Shown: one piece after another, positions 51,251-64,000 of the stretch
How the letters are laid out: the number at the start of each line of letters is the position of its first letter
Numbering within the stretch: the stretch's first letter is position 1
Assembly (NCBI GenBank): GCA_973895155.1
Contig: OZ316892.1
Span: 18,838,357 to 18,902,356, forward strand
Direction of reading: 5' to 3'
Source: Marsupella aquatica
Lineage: Eukaryota; Plantae; Marchantiophyta
DNA length: 64,000 nucleotides
Notes under the pieces: generated by a model
Told to the model about the DNA's origin: nothing
Database searches by the model: none
The model's input: only the letters and a program-made list of their open reading frames with translations
Made by a program: the position numbers and the translations under genes

Positions 51251-53803
51251 CACTAGTAGAAACCGGGGCAATTTAGACCAAACCTTATAGGACTAAGGCC
51301 ACTAAGTCCTTTTTTACAACTTCAAATGACTCGGAACCATTGCACCGGTTCACATGAACACTACAAAAGACTGTGAGTGCTTTTTGGTTTAGGATAAGAC
51401 TATGAAAAGTTTCCACGTACCCTACTTTGTGAAAGGGTGAACACTCTCGCACATGAGTGTTGTAGGGTTTAGTTGTGGGCCTCAATTTGATAATGGGCAT
51501 ATGGGGGGTTTACGTCCGCTATATTGAACACGTACAAACTCACTACATGTCTAAATGCCCTAATGTCTCATATACTCCATAGTGGGTTTAGGGGGGGTTT
51601 ACGTCTCAAGGGTGGGCCGGTTATATGTGAAGGGTGTGGGTGGTCACCACTAAAGGAGGTTTAGTAGGGTTTATATGTCAAGGGTGGGCCGGTTAGGTCT
51701 CAAGGGGGTGGGGGTCACCAACATCCTGTTCTATTCAAGTTTGCCAAGCCAAGAATCGGGTGCACGCATACCCAAGATTTTTGGGCTAGCATGATTTTCA
51801 ATTCACAGTCGGCTCTACTTCACCAACATCCGGCTTTATTGAACTTTTCCAAGCCAAGAAAAATTTGCTGAAATACCCAAGATGGCCATGCAGTAACACT
51901 TCAATGTAGTGGTGTCTCACTTTGGGTGACACTCAACGGCTCACTCAAACGGTAAGGTTGAGTGGCTCCCCTTAATGACTTAAGTCCCCTAATCTAGTAA
52001 AGAGGCACTAAACTGGTCTTTGGGAGTGACTTTGGAGTGTTTGGGCCATCGTCATTGGACGCAAAACGTGAGGGGTCCAAGGTTCGGGGTTTTACGTTGG
52101 ATTTAGGTTTTGGCTGTAGGGCTAAGAAGGTTGTGGCTGCTGCAACCTTCGATCGGAGCTAGTTGTGAGGGCTTCATTCTTCGGGGATTTTTGAGAGAAG
52201 GGCCTCTCATTGTTGCACAATTCTCCTGACCCGCACTGCCGATGTGTTGTGGCTGCACCCAGAGCGACTTGGTGTTGCCATTTGTTTCAAGAAGGTTGTG
52301 CTACCATCGCGAGCTGTTGAGGAGAGGGCCAGTTGCTTGCAAAAGGATTTGTAGATTGTGTCGGAGGTCTAGATTTCTCCATTTCTACCAAGAAATGACG
52401 TGCAACAAGGCAATGTGGAGCGCAACGGCAATGTCCAGGGTAGTCCTGAGTGCTTAGGTCATTCCATTCTAACAGGAGAATGGTCGTGCGGCAGGGCAAT
52501 GTGCAGCGCAACGACAACAATGTCGAGGGCACTCCTTTAGTGCTTAGGTTTTCAGTGAGTTGCAGTTCGGGAGGAGCTATGACCTGGGGACTGAGGTGCT
52601 GAGGGTTTAGCTGAGGGGAGGAGCTGTGATCTGGGAAGGTGTTGCGGTGCCAAGGTCTATTGTAAGGTGAGGTGATTGTTGCGGAAGGTGGACATTGGAG
52701 TTGTGAAGGCGCTGTGGAAGGCGACCACTGCGGAAGGTGGACTACAGTGGGTCCTTAAAGCTTGCGGAGGCATTGAAAGGAGGCTGAGCAAGGAGGCAAT
52801 CGTTGCTGCTGCGGAAGGTGGACATTGGAGTTGTGAAGGAGGTCGTGGAGCTTAAAGAGCAGTTGCAAAATCGGGAGCCGGTTGTTTGTTAGGAGGAAGC
52901 AGTTGACAGTGCTGCCATTGGTTATCAGTGTCATCAGCCAAAGGTTAGTCCCGGCCATGCAGCTGAAAGTGCGCTTCACTAGTAGAAACTGGGGGGTATT
53001 TAGACCCCATTAAACGACTATTCAGTACCGTATAGGACTTGGAAACGACTGGGAAGGACTCCAGTCCTTTATAGGACTGCGAGTCGTATGTTTTGTTACT
53101 ATAATCAACTGAGTCCTTTATAGAACTGGTTTATAAGTCGTTTAATAGACTGGATTTTCAGTCTATTTTAGTCTTTGTGTGGGTAGCTTTGGTGAGTCGT
53201 TTTCAGTCTTTTATGGGCTGAGATGGTGAATCGTTGGGAACGACTAAAAAGGTTATGGAGGGTAGTCTTTAAATATACTTTGTGGGGTATGTATAAGTCT
53301 TTCATGTCAACTGGATATGAGTGATGAAGACCCCACTATACTACTTGGAATGAACCCACTCTTGTGCACAAATAACATATTGCATTCATGTTTTATTGTG
53401 TACTTGAATGAACTCACTCTATAAGTTCACCATTCATCATGTTAACATTAGAATACATAGTTTCAGAAAGCCATCTTCTATACCATGTACACTAATATGA
53501 ATTCACAGATTCAAACTTCATAGACTACAAAGAAGGTCACAAAGTATTCCTCTATACCATACACACTAATACTGAAATGATACAAAACAGATTCAAGTAT
53601 CATAGACAATCACCATAGAGCCATAGTTTGACATCAATCAATTGTTTCATACATACAGAATTCAGAAATATCAATGTCACACACAACGGCTCCTTCATCC
53701 TCTTTACCAAATGGAAAAATTGGTACAGATATTTCTTGGATCTTTCCAAGGCAATGTCAAAATATGACACAATTCACATGATTCTATCTACACTTGCATT
53801 CAG

Positions 53804-54430
53804 TCACTGCAGACTAACACACTCTGATGGCCAGAGCACAAGAGATCCTACTGCATCTGCAATTATTTCCTGAGGTGGATCATCGTCTCTATTCGGAAAT
53901 GGCAAATTACAATCAGATACAATCACTGTAGTCAACAACACTACTACATGGTCATCCGGGACCACTTTGCCATGGAATTTTGCATGATCCGGTCGCAAAA
54001 TGCCTGTACCCACACATACCTGCGAGTCATCCTCCCATGATAGAAGATTATGGACTGGCTCTGCTGTGGCTATCACCTCCACCTTACCCTGGCTGTTTTT
54101 CTTGGCTTTCCTGGGTGGCTTATACATGACATTATTCATACCTTGGTTGCGAGTCATGACTTTGGCACGAGTGTTTTGTGCTGGTGATCGAGAATTGGCT
54201 ACACTCTTCTTCAAAGAATCTGCAAGGTCAGACTCCGGGTTGAGGTGGAAATGCCTCATGCAAGGGCCCTCACATATGGCTAAGCCACCACCATCGTCAC
54301 AAATGGCACAACAATGAGCTGCCTTCTGGAAAATCTGACTTGCGGAGAAGTTACTACCATCTGGCCCAACTACACCTGTGTTGCTCACCTCTGTCCCCCG
54401 CTTCTTGGCTCGGATTTTAGGGCGTGCCAT
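53804..54430 (-). CDS. Chimeric ORF: truncated PHD finger (EDM2/NSD-like) fused in frame to the CACTA Tnp1/DUF8039-like domain
   Basis: CAICDDGGGLAICEGPCMRHFH followed by sequence homologous to element A 10797-11220; junction at ...AAAGAATCTGCA (~54224). Confidence 0.8.
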   Translation of the reverse strand: MARPKIRAKKRGTEVSNTGVVGPDGSNFSASQIFQKAAHCCAICDDGGGLAICEGPCMRHFHLNPESDLADSLKKSVANSRSPAQNTRAKVMTRNQGMNNVMYKPPRKAKKNSQGKVEVIATAEPVHNLLSWEDDSQVCVGTGILRPDHAKFHGKVVPDDHVVVLLTTVIVSDCNLPFPNRDDDPPQEIIADAVGSLVLWPSECVSLQ

Positions 54431-56215
54431 GCCTACGCCTGAGACAGATAGTACAATTTAGTAGAGTGCACAGACAATACAATTTAGTGCAGTGTACAAA
54501 AAGTACAATGTAGCATATAGACTAGAGTGGCAATTGCTACTGCAATGAAATGTTCATACACATGTGCAGAGTAGACATACTTTTTGGTTTATTGAGCCCA
54601 CACTAAAAACTGATCCCCTCGTACAATAGCTCCACCTACACCTCAATTTTGTGGCTATGATTCACCAAAGGAGATCTGCAACAAGATTTAATGCATTTGA
54701 ATCACATATAACAGTCGTGACATGTAAAACATGCATTTTTTGAACAGGATTGGTATCAAGCAGTGTGATCAGGGTTGTAATTTATACATCCTAAATAGGC
54801 TATGATAGTGAATGAGACAAATAAGTTAGGCATAAATCACTTTTTCCAGGTTATCACATGGCCCATTAATTCCAGTCTTTGAAAGGAGACTTTTAAGTGA
54901 GCTTGCTAGCCTCTTAAATTAGGATATTGTACTTAGTGCAGCCATAATAGGATAAGTTATGTACTGTTGACCGTAAACCCTGGACCCAAAATTGGTCATA
55001 ATTCAAAATCTTAAGTAAATATCCTCTCTGTTCAAGTCAAAGTGTTAAGTTATAGGTCAATGGTCTCTGGTCTGTGCATGCGGTGTGACAAGTGGTCTTC
55101 TACAGCGTGTGATCCAAACATGTGTAGACACCAAAGTGACCGGTGGTGGGGTCTGGGAGGGTAGGACAAGTGACATCGCCAGGCACACTACAGGATGGCG
55201 AGTGGTTCCAGATGATACATTGTGCTCTGTGAAAAAACCGACATCCAAGAGAACGGTCATCCAACTCTAGGCCAGAAGCCCTACAGGCAGGACAGTCATA
55301 CTGGCAACTGTGCACACACCCTTGGGCCCTAATTTGTGGCGGGTCATGTACGAGAGACAAAAATACCAAGGATGTTGGGAAGGGTGGAGAAGCAAGTACA
55401 GGGCGGCTGTAGTTATTCCTGGCAACAACTGGGTACTCAAAGTACCATGCAGACTGGGCTGGAAGGATCCCAAGTCTGACATACTCAAGGTGCAACATCT
55501 CTGCCTTGCGTGCAAGCCGCACATGTTCAGCATTGCGGGTCCTCACCATAAGTGTTGCTTTTGTGGAGTGTCGTGTGTTCACGTCCTCTGATAAGCACCT
55601 TCGATCAGCAAGGTGAGCAGGAGCTGTACTTGCCTCACCAACAGCAACCAACCTTAAATTATCAGTTCCCACTCACTGTGTCATTCCATTGGTTCCAGCT
55701 AGGGGTCACAATGTAAACATAGCATGAAACACTCCTAATCAACTTGCTTACAAACTACAATATCCAGAAAGAGTGAAAGTCTCACCCTCTAGTGAGCAGC
55801 AGAGAGGTAGTTCACTGGATGTGTTGATGTGCAGTTAAACCTCCACTATTGCTTACTTCCGGTGTATGCTGCTCAGTCGGAGACATATTAGTAGCAGCAA
55901 ATTGCAAATAATGGCCATAAGCAAACCGTGAGAGTTTGCAGAATGCTACGACAACTATTCATCCATCACAACAGTGCTCCACAGGAATGAAACCAAGCAA
56001 AATTTGGTGACCTCGGCCAATGACAAGGCCAATGTAGTTCACAATCCTTGACCGATCAGGATATGGATTGGAATTACAATTAGTCAGCTCTTCTTCTTCT
56101 TTGGTTTCTAACTCTGGGGCAAATGAGCATGACCAGGGAATTCTCTGAGAAATAGAAGTGCACAGGGAAAATGAAATTGGCTCATTGAGTTGCGCAAGAC
56201 CGCCCATTGCAGCAT
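54333..56215. repeat. Left arm of a >=1.9-kb inverted repeat (partner 62126-64000)
   Basis: Near-identical reverse complements, e.g. ORF pairs 55057-55260/63073-63276 and 55959-56255/62134-62520. Confidence 0.95.
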
Positions 56216-59200
56216 AAACAAACTCATGAAGTGGCAGAAAGGATAGCGTCGCCACAAGCGCAAAATCCCGACAGGTTTAAGCTGCAAAAAACTAACCCAT
56301 CCAAATGTGATTGCAATGGTGTTGAGGTCGTCTATTCACCACCCCACTCCACCGTGGGAGCATTGGGCACAAGGCATGTTCGGATCCAGGGAGGAGAAAA
56401 ATAGTCATGTGAAGCAACAAGTGTGGAGAGACCAATAAGTAAACAAAAATAGGGAAGAACAATGCGGTGATCATGAGCAGCAGGAAACAAGGAAGTTGAT
56501 TTGGGAGGGATTGTAGGGACAGAGCTTTTGGTGGGCTTGGCTGCGCGTTCATATCGGAAGATAGATGCGAGAGAGTGTGAAGAGGGTGGCAACCAACAAA
56601 GGCAGTGGCAAGCAAGCAAGCAATACACGATGATAGCGGCAATCGGCAATGGCGGTGGGAGGCAGCAATAGGCTAAATGACTATTCAGTACCAATCCGCA
56701 GCTCGTCCGATGAGAATGAGTGACATGAGGAAAATGCCAACACACTGACCCACTACCAAGAAGAACGAAAACCAATCTCAACCACCCTCTATCATCAATG
56801 ACAGGACATATATTCAAAAATCCAAGCTGCAATTGACGGAAACAATAACATAAACAGAATTCTGAACATAAACTGCTCATGAAGCTTTCGGGATCATATA
56901 TTCCAAGAGCAAATGTGAACATGCCAATATATGAAAGCTCTGGCATATAGGGCATTGCATTCCATAGAGACGTCTGCACCAAAGAGCTTGGAAGCAATTG
57001 CCTATCTGCTGGAAGCAGGAAACATATATGTAAATCCCAAGCCCATACTACATTGGAGATGATCAGCTCACTCAGACAGACATTGCATTTTGATTAACCA
57101 AATGTAGCAGGCTAACAGAGGGACGAAGGATAGGGCCAACACTAATGCACAATAGTGAACAACTATGATTAACCAAATGTCAGTAGCAGGCCAGCAGAGG
57201 GACGGAGGATAGGGCCAACACTAATGCACAGCTGTGAAAGACTGACAAATAGAAAGCAAACGAGAGCTTCAAATATAGAACATCAAACCTTCAGCAGCGG
57301 TCAATGGGCTTTGATTTACAGGTCGCCTGGCTTGGTCCCTTGTCGCAGCTCGCCCAGCTCCACAACACCGTAGACAAGGAGTTGGCTGGTCCAATTTCCA
57401 CCATGCAGCGTTAGCAAAACTGCAATGCTTGATCTTCGCCCTCCGCCCTTTGCCCGAACCCCAAAATAGACCTCAAAGTAGAAAGCCAGCAAAGGGTTGA
57501 GCAGAAATCCCTAGAAAATCCCGCCTCTAAAGTCCATTGCTCGTGGTTACAAATGATGGCAACGGAACATTCGGGCAACCCAACAGTTGAACTGACCTCA
57601 ATCACACCTGCACCTGGTTGGCAGCTCCGCAGACACTAATTGTAGCTCTAGTTGAAGACATCATTTGAACAGCAAATCAGTCACAGCTCATGAATCCGTT
57701 CAGACTAGCATCATGGGTACTACGTCGGAGCACTGCGCAAGAAGCCAGGAAAAAACTGCAAACATGGGGACCCACAGGCAAGAAATCTGGACCTCCGACA
57801 CAATCTGGAAATCCTTTCGCAAACAACTGGCCCTCTCCTCAACAACTTGCGATGGTAGTAGCTCGCAATGGTAGCAGCTCGCGATAGTAGCTCCCTTCAA
57901 CAAGCTTGGTAGTGCGATAGGAGCAACAACTTACAGAGAAGACAATGACCTCCCCTATGAGACTGATTGAAAGACCTCAATACAATTACTGAAGCAGGGA
58001 TACAGAACGGGGAGAAGCCTTTCGCAGTTTGGGACGGCGAGAAGTGTGAACACTTAGGGCATGGCCCACAGGAAGGTCACTCAGTCCGAATGAGCCACAA
58101 GCTTATCGCCCAAAACCACGCAAACCTGAAGTTGAAATTAGCACTATGAGGTAGCAAGCTACAAAATAGCATTTCCCACATTCTTAATGCATGGCATCGG
58201 AGCTCATTCCGCCTAGAAAACCAAAGCCACTACCAAAACTAACTTGCAAATGGAAGTTTGGACTAACCAGGGTGATTCAGGGCAGTTCAATGTCACTATG
58301 GCAGGTGCATTGCTGCTCGTAGCTGCAATGTACCTTAGCGCTCCCGGTCCCTCCACGACTGCAACTTCCCAAGACCGGTCGGTCCCAGCCAGTCAGTCTT
58401 CTCTGAATCTTGGTGCCACGTTGTCTCAATCCGAAGCTGTCAGCTCTCAGGCAGGAGACAAATCTCCGCTTGCCTTCGCGCCAAAAGCTGTCACTGGCCT
58501 CAAGAGCCTCTAAGGCAATGTCCGCAACGCCTCAATGTCTCCAACACCTCAATGTCCTTACCATCAAGCGCTTCTCAGGGATGCCTCAATGTCCTTACCA
58601 CCTCACGACTGTCAAGGTCCCAAACCAGCGCAAACCACTTGCTGAACTCCTTTGTCCAAACAATTGTAAGGGGCATGCAGGTAGAACTGTCAAAAGCGCT
58701 CGCAGGAGTGGATGGCAACAATTGACTACAATCGCCTCCCAGCTTCCCTCGCAAAATGTTAACCCTAAACCCTACTCGTATGCTCCACTCATAGAAGCAA
58801 AGCACAATGTTCTGTCGCACAATGGGGCCCGAACACAGGGGCGCAAGTACTCGATAGTTCCCTTCACAAAAACCCAATAATCACCTGATGACCAAAGCAC
58901 ACTCACCCTAACCCAATACTTAGTGCAAGCAGTCATGTAAGCTCGTTTCCGTTGAGGTGACCCGTTGAGCATAATAAGTACGTTTGTGCCAGAGTGTTAG
59001 GCAACACACAAAACTAAAGAGGGTTAAGGATAACTTTAAATAAATCCCTTTGGTGACAAAGTCATGGCCACTTAATTAGTTGTGGGCCCCCCTAACCCTC
59101 CCCCCCCCCTTGTGGAATTAATCTTGGATCAAAAGGCACCATCATTTACACTCAAATCAATCAAGTTGTGGACTGTTCATTGTGTCAATTAGTGCCCATG

Positions 59201-62125
59201 ACCCTGTCAAAACAACACTAGTTGGCAATGCGGAATATATCATGGTGTGGGAGTTGTACCTAGCTAGGGTTATAGTGATGCATTAGTTCCGATTCCGGTT
59301 AGAAACCACCCTAAGCCCTCTAGTACAATTGTACCCTAAGTTATGAAAAGTACCCGTTACATGGATATTTACGATGCAATGTTAGTTAAGGTTGGTGATA
59401 TATAGAAGGCATGTCCTTAAGCACTTAGACCCAAAAGTAGCATGTCGCCCGGTCCTTCTTAAGTATACTCTTATCATGAACCCTTGTAAGACTTTGTATT
59501 AAACTAGTCTTTGTGTGGACCTTTAGAGTGATTCCAAGAACAAAACCCATGATGTCCTAGAGTGTTCACCCTTCACAAAGTAGCAAGGTTACTTTTCATA
59601 GTCTTTAACTAAACCGGAAAACACTCAAAGTCTTTTATAGTCTTTAACAAAACCTTGGCAATGGGTGCAAGTCATTTAAAGTATGGAAGAAGGACTTAGT
59701 GGGCTTAGTCCTATAAGGTATGGTCTAAATTACCCCGGTTTCTACTAGTGCTTCTTTCATCCCTTTTCTAGCAACTTTAGTTCCACATTGTTTTGTTGGG
59801 TTGTCTGTTGAATACTTTCATTGCCTCTACAGGCTGAAGGTTACTATAGGCCCTGGCTTGTGCACCCACTCCTTACACTCATGCCCAAAAACCAAACAAC
59901 AAGTAGCAGAGCTCAAGCAGATCCGCTCCGCTCTGTTCTCAGCTGGCTGCGTAGTAGCTACATCTCCTCTGGTCCATCCTATTTTGAGCAATGTCATACC
60001 TCCATAGCATACAGCTTGCCTGATTGAATGGTACATTAGGTTCAGCACATTCTCCCTATGGCTGAAGAGTTATGGAAAACCCCAACACAATGAAATTCGT
60101 TATGATTTGTCTTGGCAGTCGAAGCTGCTGAAATTGCCGATTCTGATTGGATTCAGTAGGAATTCAGAATTTGTTGAGTTTGTTTGTCGCTGGATATGAG
60201 TTATTCAAGACTCCATGATTTGAGAGAAGCCATTTAGCATCCCTTGTAGATCCTGGTACCATCTGACATTGTGAGGGCTCGAAAGCCTCAAGTGACCGGG
60301 CCATCGTTGTATGCAAATTTTTGTTGTTGTATTCATGTATATCCCTGCTTGGATGAGGCGTGGTGTTGCTTGTAATCATGTATTTCTTCACACTAGAAAA
60401 GCAGTCTGTCATATGAGGTTGTCGGGATTGTCTTCCGGTCAGTCATCTTACGTCTTTGTGTTGTTTTGTGTTTCAGTGAAGGGCACTAGCAAGTAGCAAG
60501 AGCAGCGAGCTGGTGATTTGCACCTTAGGCTTGGGCTACGGAGAGAGTTGCTGCAGCACCACGATAGAGAACGAAAGCACGGGTAACATTACCACTATAG
60601 TTGTTGAAGAAAATACCTTTACCTGCTGCCATTTAAGCCGAGTGCACCGCCTTAAGTTTAAAGATCCCGTTGTTGGTAAGACATCATGGCTACATTGCTT
60701 TTCGATGTTGTCCTCTGTCCTTTTGTGGGATTCAGCCTGAGCTAGCTGAATCCAATCCAGGAGTTGTTGCGCTAAGGTGAGACTTTGAGTTTAGGGTTGC
60801 TTCAGTGTCCGAGTAGGTTTTCTCTTTGCGTCGGCAGCTAGAAGGTAAGCTCGGGGGCTTTACAAAGGGTTAGTGTTGTGGACTTTCCCTCCTGGACGTT
60901 GTGTGTCTTCATTTGCAACTTGTTTGTGGACCTGTGATCCTGAGACTGTCAAAATTGTTGTGGCCGCACTAACAACTTGATGACGCGTTTTGTGGATTGC
61001 ACCGTTAGTAATCGCGAGTACAGCTCTCCAACAATTGCACTTACCATTTTTGACCACCTTGCATGATGTCCATCCGTGCGCTGGACCCCAAGAAGTAGAT
61101 TTCGGTAGATTTTGTCTCTGCCCCCGGTCCTCATTTTGTGCAATGTCCGCCTGGCACTTGGTTCTTGATCCCTACATTATCGTCTGCCGCTCGGCTGCTT
61201 GCGGAAGGGATCAAACAGATTGGAGGTGCTTGGTCTTTTCATTTTGAGTGTCAGAGTTTAGGAGGACAGCTTGCACCATCGCCGACAAGAATGACCTGCT
61301 TGCAAAACAAGAGGGACGAGCGTGAGCTGCTTGCAGAATAGGAGATTGACCGTGAGCACGAGCTGCTTGAAAAATAGGAGACTGAGGGCAACCTGCTTCT
61401 TTGTTGCTACTCTGGTTGCGCTGCTACATTGGTTGTTGATCTTCACCCACCCACTTGCCTACTCAATTGACAGAGTACAGCTTTGTCTCTGCGTCTGTTA
61501 CTGCTGTCTTTGTCCCTCCCCTTGAAATTGTGGGCCTTAAAAGGTCAGTAAGTTGGCTTATGTAGTTTTTATGTCCCTCCGCTATGTCAATGCGTGTTTC
61601 ATTGCATCAGGGCATCAGTCGCTGTTTGCCTATAACCGGACTGTTCATTCTCTGTCCACTCATTTGATGTAATTCTTCCCATTGCCGCCCAATGCTATGG
61701 CGCCCATGCTACAATTTGTGGTTTTTGTCTAAGCACAAATCCTCTCTGTGCCTGGTCTCTGTGTCCCGTCATTTGGATTGATTGTGTAGACGTTTCCTCT
61801 TCTCCCAGTCCTTGTCATCCACCAGCCAAAGCACATTGGATTGTTTTCAAAGGAGGGCTGTGTAGTTTGGAGGGTTTGATCTATGCAGCGGATTTGAGCA
61901 GATTGGCGGTTGTTAGTTTCTTCTTGTAAAACCTGTCTGTCTTTTCTGCTTTTGGCCATGCTCCTTCACTTCTTGCTGCAAGCTCAATGTGCTTCAGCTA
62001 TGGCAATATTCACTTACCCTATCCCAACGGCACTGCTGTGAGCTGTAGGACAGCCAACAGAAGCAGATTGTATCGATTGCATGTAAGTTAGGGTATTTTA
62101 TGTATTGCGGAACAACTGTCCAAGT

Positions 62126-64000
62126 ATGCTGCAATGGCCGGTCTTGCGCAGCTGAATGAGCCAATTTCATTTTCCCTGTGCACTTCTATTTCTCAGAGAA
62201 TTCCCTGGTCATGCTCATTTCCCCCAGAGTTAGAAAACAAAGAAGAAGAGCTGACTAATTGTAATTCCAATCCATATCCTGATCGGTCAAGGATTGTTCA
62301 CTACATTGGCCTTGTCATTGGCCGAGGTCACCAAATTTTGCTTGGTTTCATTCCTGTGGAGCACTGCTGTGATGGATTTGTCGTAGCATTCTGCAAACTC
62401 TCACGGTTTGCTTATGGCCATTATTTGCAATTTGCTGCTACTAATATGTCTTCTTCTGAGCAGCATACACCAGAAGTAAGCAATAGTGGAGGTTTAACTG
62501 CACATCAACACATCTATTGAACTACCTCTCTGCTGCTCACTGGAGGGTGAGACTTTCACTCTTTCTGGATATTGTAGTTTGTAAGCAAGTTGATTAGGAG
62601 TGTTTCATGCTATGTTTACACTGTGACCCCTAGCTGGAACCAATGGAATGACACAGTGAGTGGGAACTGATAATTTAAGGTTGGTTGCTGTTGGTGAGGC
62701 AAGTACAGCTCCTGCTCACCTTGCTGATCGAAGGTGCTTATCAGAGGACGTGAACACACGACATCTCCACAAAAGCAACACTTATGGTGAGGACCCGCAA
62801 CGCTGAACATGTGCAGCTTGCACGCAAGGCAGAGATGTTGCGCCTTGAGTATGTCAGACTTGGGATCCTTCCAGCCCAGTCTGCATGGTACTTTGAGTAC
62901 CCAGTTGTTGCCAGGAACAACTACAGCCGGCCTGTACCTGCTTCTCCACCCTTCCCAACATCCTTGGTATTTCTGTCTCTAGTACATGACCCGCCACAAA
63001 TTAGGGCCCAAGGGTGTGTGCACAGTTGCCAATATGACTATCCTGCCTGTAGGGCTTCTGGCCTAGAGTTGGATGACCGTTCTCTTGGATGTCGGTTTTT
63101 TCACAGAGCACAATGTATCATCTGGAACCACTCGCCATCCTGTAGTGTGCCTGGCGATGTCACTTGTCCTGCCCTCCCAGACCCCACCACCGGTCACTTT
63201 GGTGTCTACACATGTTTGGATCACACGCTCTAGAGGACCACTTGTCACACCGCATGCACAAACCAGAGACCATTGACCTATAACTTAACACTTTGACTTG
63301 AACAGAGAGGATATTTACTTAAGATTTTGAATTATGACCAATTTTGGGTCCAGGGTTTAGGGTCAACAGTACATAACTTATCCTATTATGGCTGCACTAA
63401 GTACAATATCCTAATTTAAGAGGCTAGCAAGCTCACTTAAAAGTCTCCTTTCAAAGACTGGAATTAATGGGCCATGTGATAACCTGGAAAAAGTGCTTTC
63501 TGCCTAACTTATTTGTCTCATTCACTATCATAGCCTATTTAGGATGTATAAATTACAACCCTCATCACAGTGCTTGATACCAATCCTGTTCAAAAAATGC
63601 ATGTTTTACATGTCACGACTGTTATATGTGATTCAAATGCATTAAATCTTGTTGCAGATCTCCTTTGGTGAATCATAGCCACAAAATTGAGGTGTAGGTG
63701 GAGCTATTGTACGAGGGGATCAGTTTTTAGTGTGGGCTCAACAAACCAAAAAGTATGTCTACTCTGCACATGTGTGTGAACATTTCATTGCAGTAGCAAT
63801 TGCCACTCTAGTCTATATGCTACATTGTACTTTTTGTACACTGCACTAAATTGTATTGTCTGTGCACTCTGCTAAATTGTACTATCTGTCTCATGCGTAG
63901 GCATGGCACGCCCTAAAATCCGAGCCAAGAAGCGGGGGACAGAGGTGAGCAACACAGGTGTAGTTGGGCCAGATGGTAGTAACTTCTCCGCAAGTCAGAT
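62126..64000. repeat. Right arm of the inverted repeat, in element C; includes ORF MVRTRNAEH (62784-63233) and the start of the PHD chimera (ATG 63903)
   Basis: Reverse complement of 54333-56215. Confidence 0.95.

Larger units (their letters stand above)
52977..59750. mobile_element. Non-autonomous CACTA element B (6.8 kb), TSD CTT, nested in element C
   Basis: CACTAGTAGAAACTGGGG...CCCCGGTTTCTACTAGTG; CTT at 52974-52976 and 59751-59753; termini closely similar to element A. Confidence 0.96.
51251..64000. mobile_element. CACTA element C (opposite orientation to A and B; right end beyond window)
   Basis: Starts CACTAGTAGAAACCGGGGCAATTTAGACCA, the reverse complement of the right ends of A and B; interrupts the MTase gene; 62126-64000 is an inverted homologue of B internal sequence. 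Confidence 0.9.

Noticed and set aside
56292-61959. Many 60-220 aa ORFs inside CACTA B and C
   Set aside because: No recognisable motifs, overlapping on both strands; may include captured fragments but cannot be supported

Overview
Eukaryotic, almost certainly land-plant DNA (bryophyte/liverwort-like is an inference from element types and proteins), made almost entirely of nested transposons with a small host-like island (SKP1 pseudogene, ~21-29 kb). Resolved layers: the end of a Ty3/gypsy-like LTR element; three near-identical 328-bp MITEs with 8-bp TSDs; three non-autonomous CACTA elements (two complete with 3-bp TSDs, one running off the window) carrying a solo LTR, a processed SmE pseudogene and a PHD-finger chimera; an L1-type LINE 3' fragment; a decayed gag; and a Helitron helicase split by a 13.3-kb insertion. 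That insertion (35657-48920, perfect 20-bp CACTA-starting TIRs) is the most interesting object. It encodes a Sola-like/DUF7869-type DDE transposase rather than a CACTA Tnp2. Divergently it encodes a multi-exon ParB-like + amino-DNA-methyltransferase-like gene followed by an FCP1/HAD-like ORF, and arrays of GC-rich palindromes sit in its introns with their loops flipping orientation. A second, apparently catalytically intact beta-class N4C/N6A methyltransferase gene (DIPY...QKP...LDICSGSGT) lies next to it. Family names come from motif recall, not from database searches.
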